In this document: piece by piece, positions 35,569-48,900 of the stretch
How positions within the stretch are numbered: position 1 is the stretch's first letter
Layout of the letters: each line of letters begins with the position of its first letter
Origin: Balanoglossus misakiensis
Lineage: Eukaryota; Animalia; Hemichordata
Direction of reading: 5' to 3'
NCBI GenBank assembly: GCA_040954595.2
Contig: CM082587.2
Coordinates: forward strand, 6,933,705-6,997,704
DNA: 64,000 bases
Notes under the pieces: generated by a model
What the model saw: only the letters and a program-made list of their open reading frames with translations
What the model was told of the DNA's origin: nothing
Databases searched by the model: none
Program-made: the position numbers and the translations under genes

Positions 35569-38500
35569 TCAAATGAAATGAGTCAATATGACAAGCACAA
35601 TAGTGAAGATAACGAATATTTTCAAGATGATCTGCGGGTCCTTCGTTTCCTTGACGACCACCCTGGTTCTGGTGGCACTGATGACGTTGTCCCAAGCCTC
35701 CTCTATGCTGCTCCTGGCGCCGCTCCATGCCCCGGGGCCATGCAAGCGATACGTGGTGGGGTAGGCCGGTCCGAAGAAACACTTGAAGGCGAACTTGGGA
35801 TCTGAAAATAGCAGCGACAGCAGCCTCGGCTGTGCACCTATCTGTTTTGCATAATACTCCTGCAGTGGAACCGGTGGTACCTGCAAAAAAAAGAGAGAAA
35901 ATTCCTTTCAAAGCAGAAAACAGCAAAATCACGCCCAGCCACGATCATAAAGCCACGCTATTATTGAAAGAGTGGCATGGGATTATACCACACATTTGTG
36001 TCGATGCTACAACGTTTGAATATCAGTCACAAATTTAATACGTAGTTAGAAAAAATGGGTTCAAAATATTTGATTTGGAATATGAGAATTCGGGTATCAG
36101 ATTGAGCGAGGAAATTTGGCTTACGTAAAGTTTGTGTCGCCCATAGTCTCTGAAGGTTTGTTCCTTGCGACGCTTGACTTGCAATACTCGTTGGGTTGGC
36201 CCAGGCAGCTTGGCTTTGCCGCTGAAGACCCTGGCGGCCCATCGGGCTTGCAACTCGTACACGGGAACATTGGCACCTAAGACCGCCACGCAGCCCACGA
36301 CGGCGAGAGTCGGGTGCTTCAGACGAGCGGGAAAGACGTACTCGTACAACTCCAGATCCTTCTGGGAATCTGTGGTTAAAATCAAATCATCACATTCAAA
36401 CATCAAGTATTTATATGGATGATATTCGCTCATGTTGGGATAATTGCCTAGCAACTGGTTGCTATCCACGCACCACAAGTCAAGCTTTGTATGAAAACGT
36501 TATTTGTCTTGTGTCACGTGAGACTGTAGTCGTATATAAACTTTCTAGCCACGCGAGAACTCAGTCGCAAGGTCTCGTAGAATTATGAAAATAGTCTATT
36601 AACGCACCTGCTATAATAGCATTGTCAATAAACTTGTAACCAAGGTGGTAACCAGTGGCAAATATGACAGCATCTACGCCCTCTACCAGGCTCCCATCCT
36701 CGAACTCAGCCCCGGTTTTCGTAAAGCGACTGATCGCCGGCTTGGTTTTTATCTTTCCGCAGTAAATACGGCTGCCAATTTCGTCGTTGACCATCTGACT
36801 GCCGCTGAAGAAAGATGTGGCTTTCGACAGCAATCCCGCTTTGTCGTGGTTGACCTTGGACGAGGCTAGCGTCGTCACCATGAATCCGCGAATGGCGTCC
36901 GGCAACTTGCTGACGAATCGGGTGTTACCCATCATGTCACTAGGGACACCGCCCAATCCTATCCTGGGAACAACCCAGGTTCCGTTGCGCATGCTCAAAT
37001 ACACCTAATTTATGAGACAGAGTAAATAAAAGAGGAAAGTAAGTGTTTTGTGCAAATTACTTAATTGGTACATCTTTAAAAGAAAATTTTCTTTTTTTGT
37101 GTGCCTATGCATTGAACTCGACTCGGCTCAGACAACAGAACAGACAATGAATTCGCTCAAAAGTCAAAACATGAAGTCGTACCTGAGAAGCGAAGCGGCT
37201 TGAATCGACAGACACGTCACCGGCAGAATGTCCGCCACCTGTAGCCAAATGGGATGATAATGTCAAACATTTCGTTCATCTTTCTATATGTAGACAGAGA
37301 GACATGGGGAGACAGAGAGAGAATGATCGAGGCACAAGAAGACAGGCAGACACAGACAGACACGTTATGCATCACGCAATATTTAAATTTTAACATTATG
37401 TTCGGCTAAATAAGTAAGTAAGGAAATAAGTAAGTAAATGAAAATACATGTATGAGCAAACTAACAAAATTGAAATCTGATTCTCACCGACTACAAGAAC
37501 ATTTTTCCCGGCAAATTTACTGCCGCTTCGAAATGCATTGCTGTGCATCATTTCGCCTTGAAACTGGTCCATCCCGGGGTATTTTGGAAGGGTTGCGTCT
37601 TTAAACATTCCGGAACAGACGATGACGCCATCGAATATCTCCACGTCATCTTGGTTGTTGCCACGCCGACGAATCCTCACTTCCCATTTCCCGGTCGTGA
37701 CGTAATCCGACGCCGGCTCCACTCTCACGATGGTGCAGTCGAAGTTGACGTACGGGCGCAGTTTGAAGTGATCAGCATAGTCGCGGACGTACCGGAGATA
37801 TGTCTGCTGCGGAACGTATGGTGGCGTCTCGCGAGACATGGGGAAGTCGCTGAAACACGTCATTTCCTTGCTGGAGTTGGTCACCAGGCTTTGGTAGACG
37901 GAGCTTCCTTGGTTGGGGCGCAACTCTTCATCATATATCCACACACCACCTGGTCGGGAGATGAAGGAAAGCTTAGAAGTTAAAACTCGTCTACGCATGC
38001 GCATGCATGGCCATCTCATCTCTTGATATGCATCCTTGTTGCATGTTGTGAATGCATTGGTACAACAGGTGCTTGCGAATCAATGATGATATGGATTTGC
38101 CTGGTATTAGCCTATACCGTTCAATATCACCATTCGTAAGCACCTGTATTGACAACAGGCCGCAGTGGTCAGGTCGGAATGACGTTTTTGCAAGATATAG
38201 AAAGGGTGTTTTCCGGACACCAGTGAAGCAAATAAATTTGACGTAGTTGAATTAGAAGAGACGCGACTTCCCAAATTTCCTGGTATTCACAGTGAGTCGG
38301 TCCAGAATCAGTTCTTTTCACAACTATATCAAATCATCTAGCGTACATTTTCTGTCAATTCCCGTCATTTGTCCACAAAGTTAAAATTTGAAGTGTAGCC
38401 GAAGTACGACAGTAGTGTTCTGTTTTAACGCAGCCAGCCATGGGACGCACTTCGTTTGATAAGTGACGCCATTAAAATTGAAGACAGCGATATAAGGTGA

Positions 38501-38631
38501 CGAGTAACTAACTTACCAATATCGCTGTGCTGTTCATAGCACACTGGCTGCAGACCTTCTTCAAGACACGACTTGATGGACACTAAACCACACACGCCCG
38601 CGCCAATCACCGCTACGCGTTTCGTCTGCAT
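35569..38631 (-). CDS. FMO: Flavin-containing monooxygenase (dimethylaniline monooxygenase family), 528 aa, 6 coding exons
   Basis: Exons 38631-38517, 37949-37488, 37238-37183, 37004-36608, 36369-36125, 35880-35569 (1587 nt). FAD motif GAGVCG, GGVW, TNSSKEM, FMO fingerprint [16 protein letters not shown] motif GGGHSA, FATGY, hydrophobic C-terminal anchor. Confidence 0.96.
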
Positions 38632-39626
38632 TTTATGACCAAACCGGGACGGACGGAGCAAGCAAGAGGACCGTTGAAATCTGGACACAGAGTGAAACCC
38701 GACCGCTCTGTGGAATGACAATTTAGTATTTTCCAGTCTTACCTTTGAATATGCAAATTGCTGGGTAATTAAGGGCTTTGTTATTTCATATTGCCATCCC
38801 CCAGATAATCTTGCGGGTGCCTTCATTTTTCTTCTTGTAACGCGAATACGCAAATTAGTGTGAAACACTTTGATTTAGCGACATTTTTTTTCAGCGAATT
38901 TAAATTTTGGATAAAATTACCGAAGGTTTGAATTGGCGGTATCCTAAATGAGCGAATTTATTCATCTTCCGAAACATGCTAGAACAGACACGTTTTACGA
39001 TAATTAAACCCATTGATATTTGTATTCTACGTAGTGAAATACTAGTCTAGTAGATAGCTGGGAATAATCCGCATCGTCGTAAACCGCGACCTCTTTACGG
39101 CAACAGTTTCTGAGTTGCCTCTCTCTCGCAAACAAAACATAATTGCCCAATGTTATAATGTCTATTCTCATCTACAGCGCCCACTTTGGGGCTCAGGCGA
39201 AGATGACGTACGAGCACCTTGACGTCATCTCCATCTGGCCCCTAGCTTATTTACTGATAGATCTACACAAACATGTTATCAGTCTCTAATGGTGTTTGTA
39301 TGTTTGAATATGAACAAATTGAATTTAAAAAAAAACAGGTGGAGCGGTTCATGATTATATAACCACGGGACCAAAGTGCACCACCAAACCGCTTCTTATG
39401 CTTATTAATCTATATACATGTAACAAACTTTAAGCTAGTAAATTGACGACGGCGGGCTCGAAGATGCTTCGGTGACAACCCGGATATTCTCCGGATTTCA
39501 CCACAGACGGCCGGTGATTTCACCGTACGGTCGAACTTCAACTCTCCGAAACCTTAATTTTTGCGGTTTTTCTCGCGGATAAGAATGATATGATTATCTA
39601 CAGAGGTAAAACAGGCGCAGAAACAC
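38632..39626. promoter_or_regulatory. Short divergent intergenic region between FMO and the sialyltransferase
   Basis: Start codons ~1 kb apart, head to head; CRE palindrome TGACGTCA at 39220-39227; octamer ATGCAAAT at 38751-38758. Confidence 0.45.
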
Positions 39627-41962
39627 ATGGCGCCGCTTCAATGTAGTGAGCGTTTGAATACGCAGAGGATTCTGTCATTCTCTGCGTTGTTGGTATTCGC
39701 GTCGGTTTTCATGTTAAACTTTGTACTGACGAAACGCAATGATCTGCCAAACACGATGCCGCCACAATTGCAGCCCGTTGGAAGTAGGCTAATACAAAGC
39801 CAGATAAGGTGGGTTTTTCATAAATAAACTTTTAAAAAATCGTTTAGCATTTAGAAATCAAATTGACGCCCCTTGACTCCATATTTACGGTCAGGTGCAA
39901 CGCCAAATTTTCTTCGTACTCATTAGAAATACCCACGTCTTCTTTCAGCGTTGACAGCACAAGGGAACCAAACAGCACCACATATCTCTTGGATGAGACT
40001 CATGCACTGCAAGATCCAAGGAAAGCAAAGAGCTTAGGAGAGTTAAGGTAATAGTCGCCGGAGCCGGTACGAGAATGTATCATACTGAACAAAATGTATC
40101 GGTTGCCGTTCGTACAATCCTTCTAATCATGTGGTCAACACGTGTGCATGGCTATCAACCACGATGATCACCTATATATTTAGCTGCAATAATTGTGGGG
40201 CCTATCAAGGTGACCCAAAACGTAACCCCACGTCCCCGGGGTAACGATTATCGCAGATACCTACATATTGTGACAAATATATTTACCCGTTTGAAGTAAT
40301 GGCGAAATAACAATACACATATAGAGAAAAACGTTGGTGCATGAAGGTATGCAATACATGGTTATCAAATAGGCCTATGTATTCGTTTTCATTTGCTATA
40401 AGACAAAATCCGCCAAAGATTGTAATTCCAATCCTTGGCATTTGCAATACGTGGCAAAATTTCCTTAATTGTTGTTTAATACCTTATGAATCTGTGTTCG
40501 AAAACTAATGGCAATCGGTTGAGAATGATTGCATGTCTTATGAAATACAATGTAATCACTTTCATCGTCCTTAATATCCTTGTAATGTTTTCTGTCCAGG
40601 AGCATCATCTCCAAAGAGCTAACACTGGAAAATACCATCGCGATATTTCGAACAAATACCACGATGAAGTTGTTTCTTGACGAGGGATTCCCTCAGGATT
40701 TGTGGTCACCGGCAACCGCTCTCTCTGACAGCCACCGGACGCTGTATAATGTCCTATTCTACTCGCCTGAGCGGCGGAAGACATGCGCGTTGGTTGGAAA
40801 TGGCGGCATTCTCAAAGACAGCGACTGCGGGCGTGAGATAGACGGGCATGATTTTGTGATGAGAGCAAATTTGCCTCAACTGCGTGGGTTTGAGAAAGAT
40901 GTCGGGCGAAGGAGTGACTTAATAGCGATCAACCAGGTCGTTTGCAGAAATTTGTACGACCAGTTGAAAGCAGTGGGAAAGACGTCAAAAAAGAGAAAGA
41001 ACAAGAACAATCGTCCACCTGACATATTGGCGAGGCTGGCCAAGTTAAATGGCACCGTTATCTGGCTAGCCCAAAACTTTTCATCACCCACGGTTAAGCT
41101 GAAGAAAACATCCTCGAACATAGAGGGTGTACTGAGACGAACGAAGTTGCGGTGGGGAGGGGAGGGGGGGTCAATGGACTACCAAGTGGCATACTCACCG
41201 GTTCCTTTGTGGCCAGATGTAATGAAGAGGTTTGTACTTTCTTTTTTCACAACAGGACAGGATCGACAGACAGACACACAGACACACACAGACAGACAGA
41301 CAGACAAACAAACAAACAAACAAACAAATGACAACAAAATGACAGCAACAACAGAACGCGAACAGCAGAGGCCAAGTAAAGATAAAGACATACCCGCCGC
41401 GATCAAAACAAGACTGAAAAACGTGAAGCAGATTTGATGCCACTCATGTATTAATAGCAGAAGAACACCCCAGATAAACTGGTTGAGATTTAAATGGTGG
41501 GTGTCGTCCTTTCTGCGGCTGCGTGCTAGCAAGTCAAGTCGATTAGGTTCAAATTGTAGGCCTAACTGCTATACAATGTACACCATTGCAAACAATGGTC
41601 TCCCTGGACAGAGGGATCAATGCCGGTGGTCTATTTTCGCGCATGTGCACTTCGGACGACCCTTCCCTTTAAAATCCTTAAATTGCAATATTTCTTTTTT
41701 CAGAATATGGAACAAATCAGGTAGCAGCGAGGGTTTTGTATTACTTACCATGTCAACTCTCATCTGTGAGGAACTTACTCTCTACGGATTTTGGCCATTT
41801 TCTGAAGACTCGCGAGGGCGCAAGTTACGTCACCACTACTTCGAAAAGACGAAGTACGACGTCACCAAAAAGAACGTCATGCCCGTGGAGTTTGAAATTT
41901 TGCAAGATTTCAATCGATCAAACGTGATCAGACTCGTTTCGCAGAAATGCGCAGGTCCCTGA
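39627..41962 (+). CDS. GT29 sialyltransferase, ST8Sia (alpha-2,8)-like, 389 aa, 4 coding exons
   Basis: Exons 39627-39808, 39949-40047, 40600-41229, 41704-41962 (1170 nt). N-terminal type II TM segment; motif L CALVGNGGILKDSDCGREIDGHDFVMRANL; motif S ...CEELTLYGFWPF; motif III HHYFE; VS-like NVMPVEF; ST8Sia-type C-terminal Cys. Confidence 0.92.
41266..41328. repeat. Compound (ACAG)/(AC)/(AAAC) microsatellite in sialyltransferase intron 3
   Basis: Directly visible. Confidence 0.85.
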
Positions 41963-42938
41963 ATAATGTCGAAACTTTTGTGTGATTGGTTGTTTGAGGA
42001 GAGCTAATTCCTATAGTTTTTTTTGTTTTGTTTTTATAGTTCCTATAGTTTTTTGAGTGTTTTGATACAAGCGACGTGAGAAGGAAAAGGATCAGATTGG
42101 TTTAATTGTTTGCCAGCCTTCTGAGCATCGACCCCCCCCCCAAAAATGGAATTATTTGCTAATTGATTCGAAGCATGGTCATGATATCAATATTTTTTAA
42201 AGTAAAAAAAATCATTAAAGAATTCATAAAAGAAAATGTTTCCTGCATTTCACTGTAAACGTATTGTTACAATGCCAGGTTTTTGGTAGCCTTTCAAAAT
42301 TAACGATTTACAGCGGGACTACATCCAAGACTGGATTAAAATTGCAAGAAATACCCCCCCCCCCCCTCGTCTTTTGCAAGTATCCTTCCTGTACCAGTAG
42401 CATCCAAGGTGTACACTCGGTGCCATTGTTTGTTAATAAGTAAATATAAATAGAAGAGACCCCTTAAGTTATTCAAAAATCCCAACATTAATATTGGAAA
42501 TAAACAACACGTGACCCTGCAGGGTGTTGACTCTAGCAAAACTGCGCAAACTTTAGGTTGTGTAAATCGCAGTGAGTAGCACACAGTCGCACAACTTCCC
42601 GACGCTTCTGAAGTAACGGCATTTCCAATTTTTGGAAAGAGTTGGTGGTGTGTTAACTGTCTGCAGGGACACAGGGGTCTTTTGGGAAAATAGGAATTGG
42701 CGTCCAGTTCCTACCAGGTAAGCAAGTAAATAAAAAGTCATCGCATTAGTTGCGTTCCTGTTGTGAAATTTATGTAACTTTGTTCGTCGTAAACCTTGTA
42801 TCGTATGGCCGTTAGCACAAGCCCTTCATTACATTTTGTGTCCCGCAATATAGCCATTTTTGAGATTCATTACTTTTCCCCATATTTATTTGTCTGCCTG
42901 CCTGCCTGTCTGCACCGTGTTTGGTCGGTCCAGTGGAA

Positions 42939-45900
42939 ATGTTCCGCCACGTAATCCTGTTGGCCTTGATCGGGATAGCCGTCGCGCAGCCCAACGATAG
43001 GTGAGTATAGCCCTGCGCTCTGGTATCGTCGGTGGTAAGCAGTTGATTTTAGTAATTAACACGAAGCCGTAATCCGTGTTATTATTTAAGATTTAATTTA
43101 AAAAGAACATTCTGGAAATTTCTTCATGGTGCATGGGTGTTCGGACGATTCGTTAATATAACTATACCGTGCAGACTAGACAACTGCATGGCCATGGCAT
43201 CAAATCGAATATTCTTTCATATAGGAAGGTGTTGGTATTGTTAATGATAACTTTGCGCCTTTGTGCGATACATTGCATTTGGTTTATACGCACTGTCCGG
43301 TTATGGAGCAACTCCGTGATCTGGTCAACTAACTTATTTCCTCCATTCCAGCAATGAGCGACCATCGTTCTGTAGCACCGAGTGTCCACGCTTCGACTTG
43401 ATGTGCTCGGGGGATGGCTACGAGGTCAGGCGTTACCCGAGCAGCAAATGGGTCTCCACCAAAGTGCAGGCGTTGACGCTGACCGAGGCGTCCACGCGAG
43501 CCTTCTGGAAGTTGTACGCCTACATTCAAGGGTCCAACGACCAAGGTAAACACCACGGAGACTCGGACTCATAAGTGGACCAATAGAAGATGACACTACG
43601 GCGCTTTCCTGTTAGAATATAACAAATGAAATACCCTTTTCTTATGAAAAGCAAACCACCTTTGCCTGCGTGGCTTGGTACGTGTGTTTGCATTGCCTCT
43701 CCACAAAGACCGTGAGGGTGACGCTGCAAAAGACAAGACCCGCAGACAAAGGTGTTTTGCCATTCATAAGAAAATGTATATTATTTATCATAGTCCAACA
43801 GGGAAACGCCGTAGTGTGATTTGTTATCGGCCACATATGAGTCCCTGTGATAACACTACTTGCAAATATCTTCTTGCCATTCAAACTATGTATGTGCAGT
43901 CGAGCTCAGACAGTTCTAATAGATGAAAAATTCAATCATAATTTTTATAGACATATAGTTACTGGTTGAAGGTAGCAACGGATACGAGGATACTCTTCGG
44001 CGCAGGTGGCATCAAAACCATTGTTAGTCACGACCTCCATATTTTCAGTCATTCAGATATTTCACATTGTTCGTAAGCACAAGAAGAAACGTCACGGCAA
44101 AATTGGGTTCAACAACAATACCATTTTCTGTGATTTTTCCACAATGGCGCGTCACATCATTCTTACAGGTGTCAAGATTGCCATGACAACGCCGGTGTTG
44201 ACAGAAATATCCAGGAGACAGTCGAGTTGGGCATTGAAGGAATACACATTGTCTTTCTATCTGCCGGAGGAATTCTGGGAAAATGTACCAAAGCCCGTCG
44301 ACCCCAAAGTGAGTCTTGTCTTTCCCTACATCTCTTCTTATGCGTATTCTAGGCTTGTTTACCACAATTTTTTACAAGGTTTTATTATGTTTTCGTAATT
44401 TCCAATATTTTGTCAGTCTAAAACAAGCCAGATCCAACAAGAAAGAACGGTTTACTAGTATACCTAACAACGGAAATACAGACAAAACAGCTCGAACTTA
44501 GAGTTGCTGGAGGTTTAACTACACGACGTCATTCAACTCATCACGTGACTGCAGCAGACCTATCTCTGTGATAGCCAATGCAAAACAGGGCTTACACCAC
44601 GCTACAAATGCAAGGCCAAACGTTGCAAGCACGGGACTAAAGTTCAACGAACTTTTGCAGTCCATGTTTACTTTTGCAATGTGCGTTGTTGATAGGAAAC
44701 TTCGGTTCAAATGTGGAGCTTGCTGATTATGATTATCTGGAAAGATGCCGCATCTGTTTCCTATGACAGGAAATCGCGTTCGAGTTTAGCAAAGTTCGTT
44801 TAACCGCCGAGAGACTGTTTTTTCAACCCGTATCCCATGCGTCTATTTTTGATGGAATGAGTTGGAAATCAGCTCGTGTGCTGATTGGTTAGATCCGTTG
44901 AATTCCCATCCCAGATGAGAACGTAGTGGTTCCGACTCTGGGATTGGTACAGCGCCCGAGCGATCCCATAGTGCCAAAAAACATGTTGATAGTCATTACC
45001 TGAATGCGGCTGTATATCTCGAGTTGCCTGCTTGGCATTCTTGTGAAAAATATGGGTAAACGTAATTTCCTCTTTAAGAATATATTCATTACTAAGCTTA
45101 AGTTTGAATGGACAAAACATGTGAAACACAATGTCAATACGATTGCTGTCGCTCGCAAGGATGTGCACGAGCTGCGTGGAAAATTTCCATATCTTCTGCG
45201 TCATTTGTACAAAAAACAATATTATAGCCCAGTGTGCGTCTTACAATCGTCCCCACAGATTTCCATCAAGGAGACGAAAGAATTCATTGCATACGTGATG
45301 GTGTATGATGGATTTGCAACGGAGCCAATACCATACAGGAAATCAGAAGAGCTGTCGAGGCTCCTGGAGGAAAACAAGGAACCCTACGCTTCTGGCTTCT
45401 ACTACAGCGCAGGTTACGACAGGTATACCTGGTCAACATTGGCAGTTAACCCCAGGAAAACACTGGCAGCCATTTTGAATTTCAAATGTTTGATAATTTT
45501 GCTCTCCCATTCAATATTTTTGCACGGCGACACCGAAATTTTATTCTTAGTTTTAAGATAAAATTACCTAAAGTTGCCTTTAGACTCTGGGTTTTAAAAA
45601 GCGCTAATTCTGTTTAAAATCGACACAATGTCTTTATATGCGACTTAAACATAATGATTTTGATTTAGTAAGGTCGACTTGTAAACGTGTTATTCCCTTC
45701 ATGCTTTGTTACAGGCCAGGCAAACTGGTTGATCGCCATAATGAAGTGTGGTTAGTCTTGGCGAACGATTTGATTGACACATACACTTGCAAAGGCACGC
45801 CCACCGAGGAATCCGAAGATCCAATCACCATTGAGCAATGCAAAAGTAAGCAAACTTCGGAGCGAAAGGGTCTATACCCCAAAGTAATGAGTTAGGCCCT

Positions 45901-48900
45901 ATGCTCTGGCACATAATTATCACCGACAATTTCATATCGTACTGTACCCTATAAATTATGTACTGAATTACAAAAAATGTCTCTTTTTGACTCAACATTT
46001 TACACTGTACCAACGGAAGTACAAGGATGTGAGGTCAAATAGAAGTCATGAAAGTGGCCTGTTATCTTTAGTAGAGGATCGGAAGTTTCTGGTGTCTCGG
46101 GCTGCAGATCGGAATCAACACATTTTTGGACTAGATAAAATAGTTCGACAACCCCCAGGCATGGACAACCCCTTTTGCATCTCACATTTTCTCACATGAA
46201 TCCATTTAAGTCCATTTATGTCACGTGACATTAATTTCCTTGCCGGAATCACATGTCCTGAGAACAAAATTTGGGAAGGAGTAGTTACGGCACGTACGCC
46301 CGTTTAAAAACCAGTCTTACTTTTTTACAAAACATTACAAATGACATTTTCCTTTTCTTCTAAATAACTGTTTTCGTTTCATAGAGACCGAATGTCCGTC
46401 TTACAAACTACTGAATACTTACGATAACGGAATTGAAAAGCGTCGCTATGACAATCTGGTCATGGTTACTAAGGAGATCCAATCATGTTGGTATGAAATG
46501 GCGTCCATGGAAGGATTCTGGGCCCTCTTTAGATACATCAGCGGTAAGTTGAAAAAAATGAGTTTTTCCCAAGATGCAGTGCACGCTGACAACACCTTTT
46601 TCCGTGGCGGTGTCGTCTGCTGACACATTTGGAAAACAAGTGTCGTGGCTTGAACGTCTCATTTTCTCTTTGTGACGTGCACCTTGAAAGATTTTTCCCG
46701 CTTTCATTTTTAGGAGACAACGACAGGCAGCTGAAAATACCAATGACTGCCCCTGTTGCTTTGGCAGTCGAAGAAAAAACGAGAGAGACGTCAAAGGAGA
46801 AAAATAAAGAAGATAGTCAGCAATGCGACCGTGTTTATTCAATGTCTTTTTACGTCCCAAAGAAATATCATTGGAACCCACCCAAACCCACAGAGGTGAG
46901 AATGCGCTTCGCAACAACACGGTTACTAGCCATGGCAACACTACAGATTTTTAAAAATCACTTTTAGATATCGTAGCTTTCAAACCGGCATCTAATAGGC
47001 ATACTGGAATACTAGTAAGCACTGAAATGTAGCACTTTAAACGATAACGTCAAAAATTATCGGACTTTGCCTTTGCAGGAAGGTGTCAGTATTCGGAAAC
47101 TCGACAACGTCACCGTTTACGTGAAAACGTACGGCGGATGGGCGACACAACTCGTGATGAATCTGAACCAAAAGCTAGCCAAGAGGCAGCTGGATTCGCT
47201 GGGACTCTGCTACCAGCGGGAACCATTCCTGTCTCTCGGCTACGACGACCCGACGACGCTGTTCAACAGAAGGAACGAGATCTGGTTGCTGTCGTGCGAG
47301 GATGATGACGCGAGACCTGAATCCACCACTGACGCCGTGCCGCGTTCGGTGTCGACCACAACAGCAGAGCCGGACACTACCTCCAGTATTGCGACGGAGA
47401 CCGACAACACTATCTTTACTACCCCTAGCAAAACGTCCGATCCTTTGGAAGAGACAGAAGTAGATAGTACGAGGTAAACAGACTAAAATGAATGTTTTTA
47501 TTCTAAGATTTTTCGACTTAGTTTTTGAGGTTGGAAATGCCATTTCCACTGAGAAAATGCGCAGTAGTTTTATCAAATATTTTCACGATCACTGACACCT
47601 TTGAAGCTTGCAGTGGAAACGAATTTTTCTGGATTTTCTAGGATGAATAGAAATATCCCACGTTTTGTTGGATTTAATCTCGTCTTCTTCGTTTTCAGTT
47701 CGTTTTCTGTCTGCGCGGACAGAAACATCAATTGTCCGGACTTCGACAACATCGAACGGGATGGTGACATAGCAGAGAGAGAATACGGAGAAACGAAGTG
47801 GATTGGCAAAACTTTGCAAGCTTGCGATATCAACGAGGCGCAGATGGTAGCTTCTCACTCACTAGTCAACTACTTTAACGGTAGGTTCGATTTTTTGTAA
47901 AAAAAAAAGTTTGTCCGACAAAGCTACAGTTTATGAGATAGGGGCTTAGGGGCCTTATAATGAACTGAACCTGTATCCGGTCAATATTCACTCACGTTTT
48001 TGATTAGAAAGATAAGATGAATACATTTGACATCCATCGAATATTTCTTCAGGTAGCATACATCTGCCAATATTCTACCATGTTAAAATCTTATTAAATC
48101 ACAGCACTCTACTTCTGCCATCTTCGTTTTTTCTCTCTCCATTTGAAGGGATGAATTCAATGGAAAGGAAGATTCCAATGACAGCTCCCGTTCTGACCAC
48201 CGTACATCCGTCATCATCCAGTGAGAGAGGCTGCAACGACACGTACACCGTGTCGTTCTTCATCCCGGAGGAATTCCAAGAAAACACCCCGGAGCCAGAA
48301 GATGACGACCTCCACATCTCCGTTCTCGTGCCTCGTGTCTTTGTCAAGGTAAAGTGGCGCGGACTATTTTGTATAATCTGGAGCTTGTCATGACGGCTGT
48401 CGCCTGGACTGCCGCTCTGTGTCGTTTTGATGGCTTGCGTCAGTGTATTTCAATCATTAATTTAAGTTCTAACGATCACCAAAGTTGGCGGGACACAGAC
48501 ACCTGAATAACCGAACCCAAAGCTAGCACATGTGTAAAAAAATCAGCCGGACTTAACTTCTCCTTTTAAAGATATACTGGCATCTATGCAAATTTGGGCC
48601 ACAGTTACCACGGAAGCTTGACATCTCACCAATGACAGATTGTCACGCGGTGGCCACAAATATGTCATCAAATGTCAAAGTTTCTATGTCGTCCTACATT
48701 TAAAATATAACCTGTTAAGCGTTTCCACTGACAGGGCTTCAATTCGTGGACAACTGTCGGCAAGATAGAGGAAACCGCCACTGAAATGAAAGACGCCCTC
48801 GTCGACAGTAGAGAGTGCGAATCGATTGACCCCAGCTTCTACTATGTGGCAGGTACGTTTTGAAATATGAGAACGCCATTTTGTTTTAATGCTGATGGTA

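Noticed and set aside
41230-41437. C-terminal low-complexity tail of ORF 40664-41437
   Set aside because: Read-through into intron 3 and its microsatellite; motifs S and VS continue in the exon at 41704
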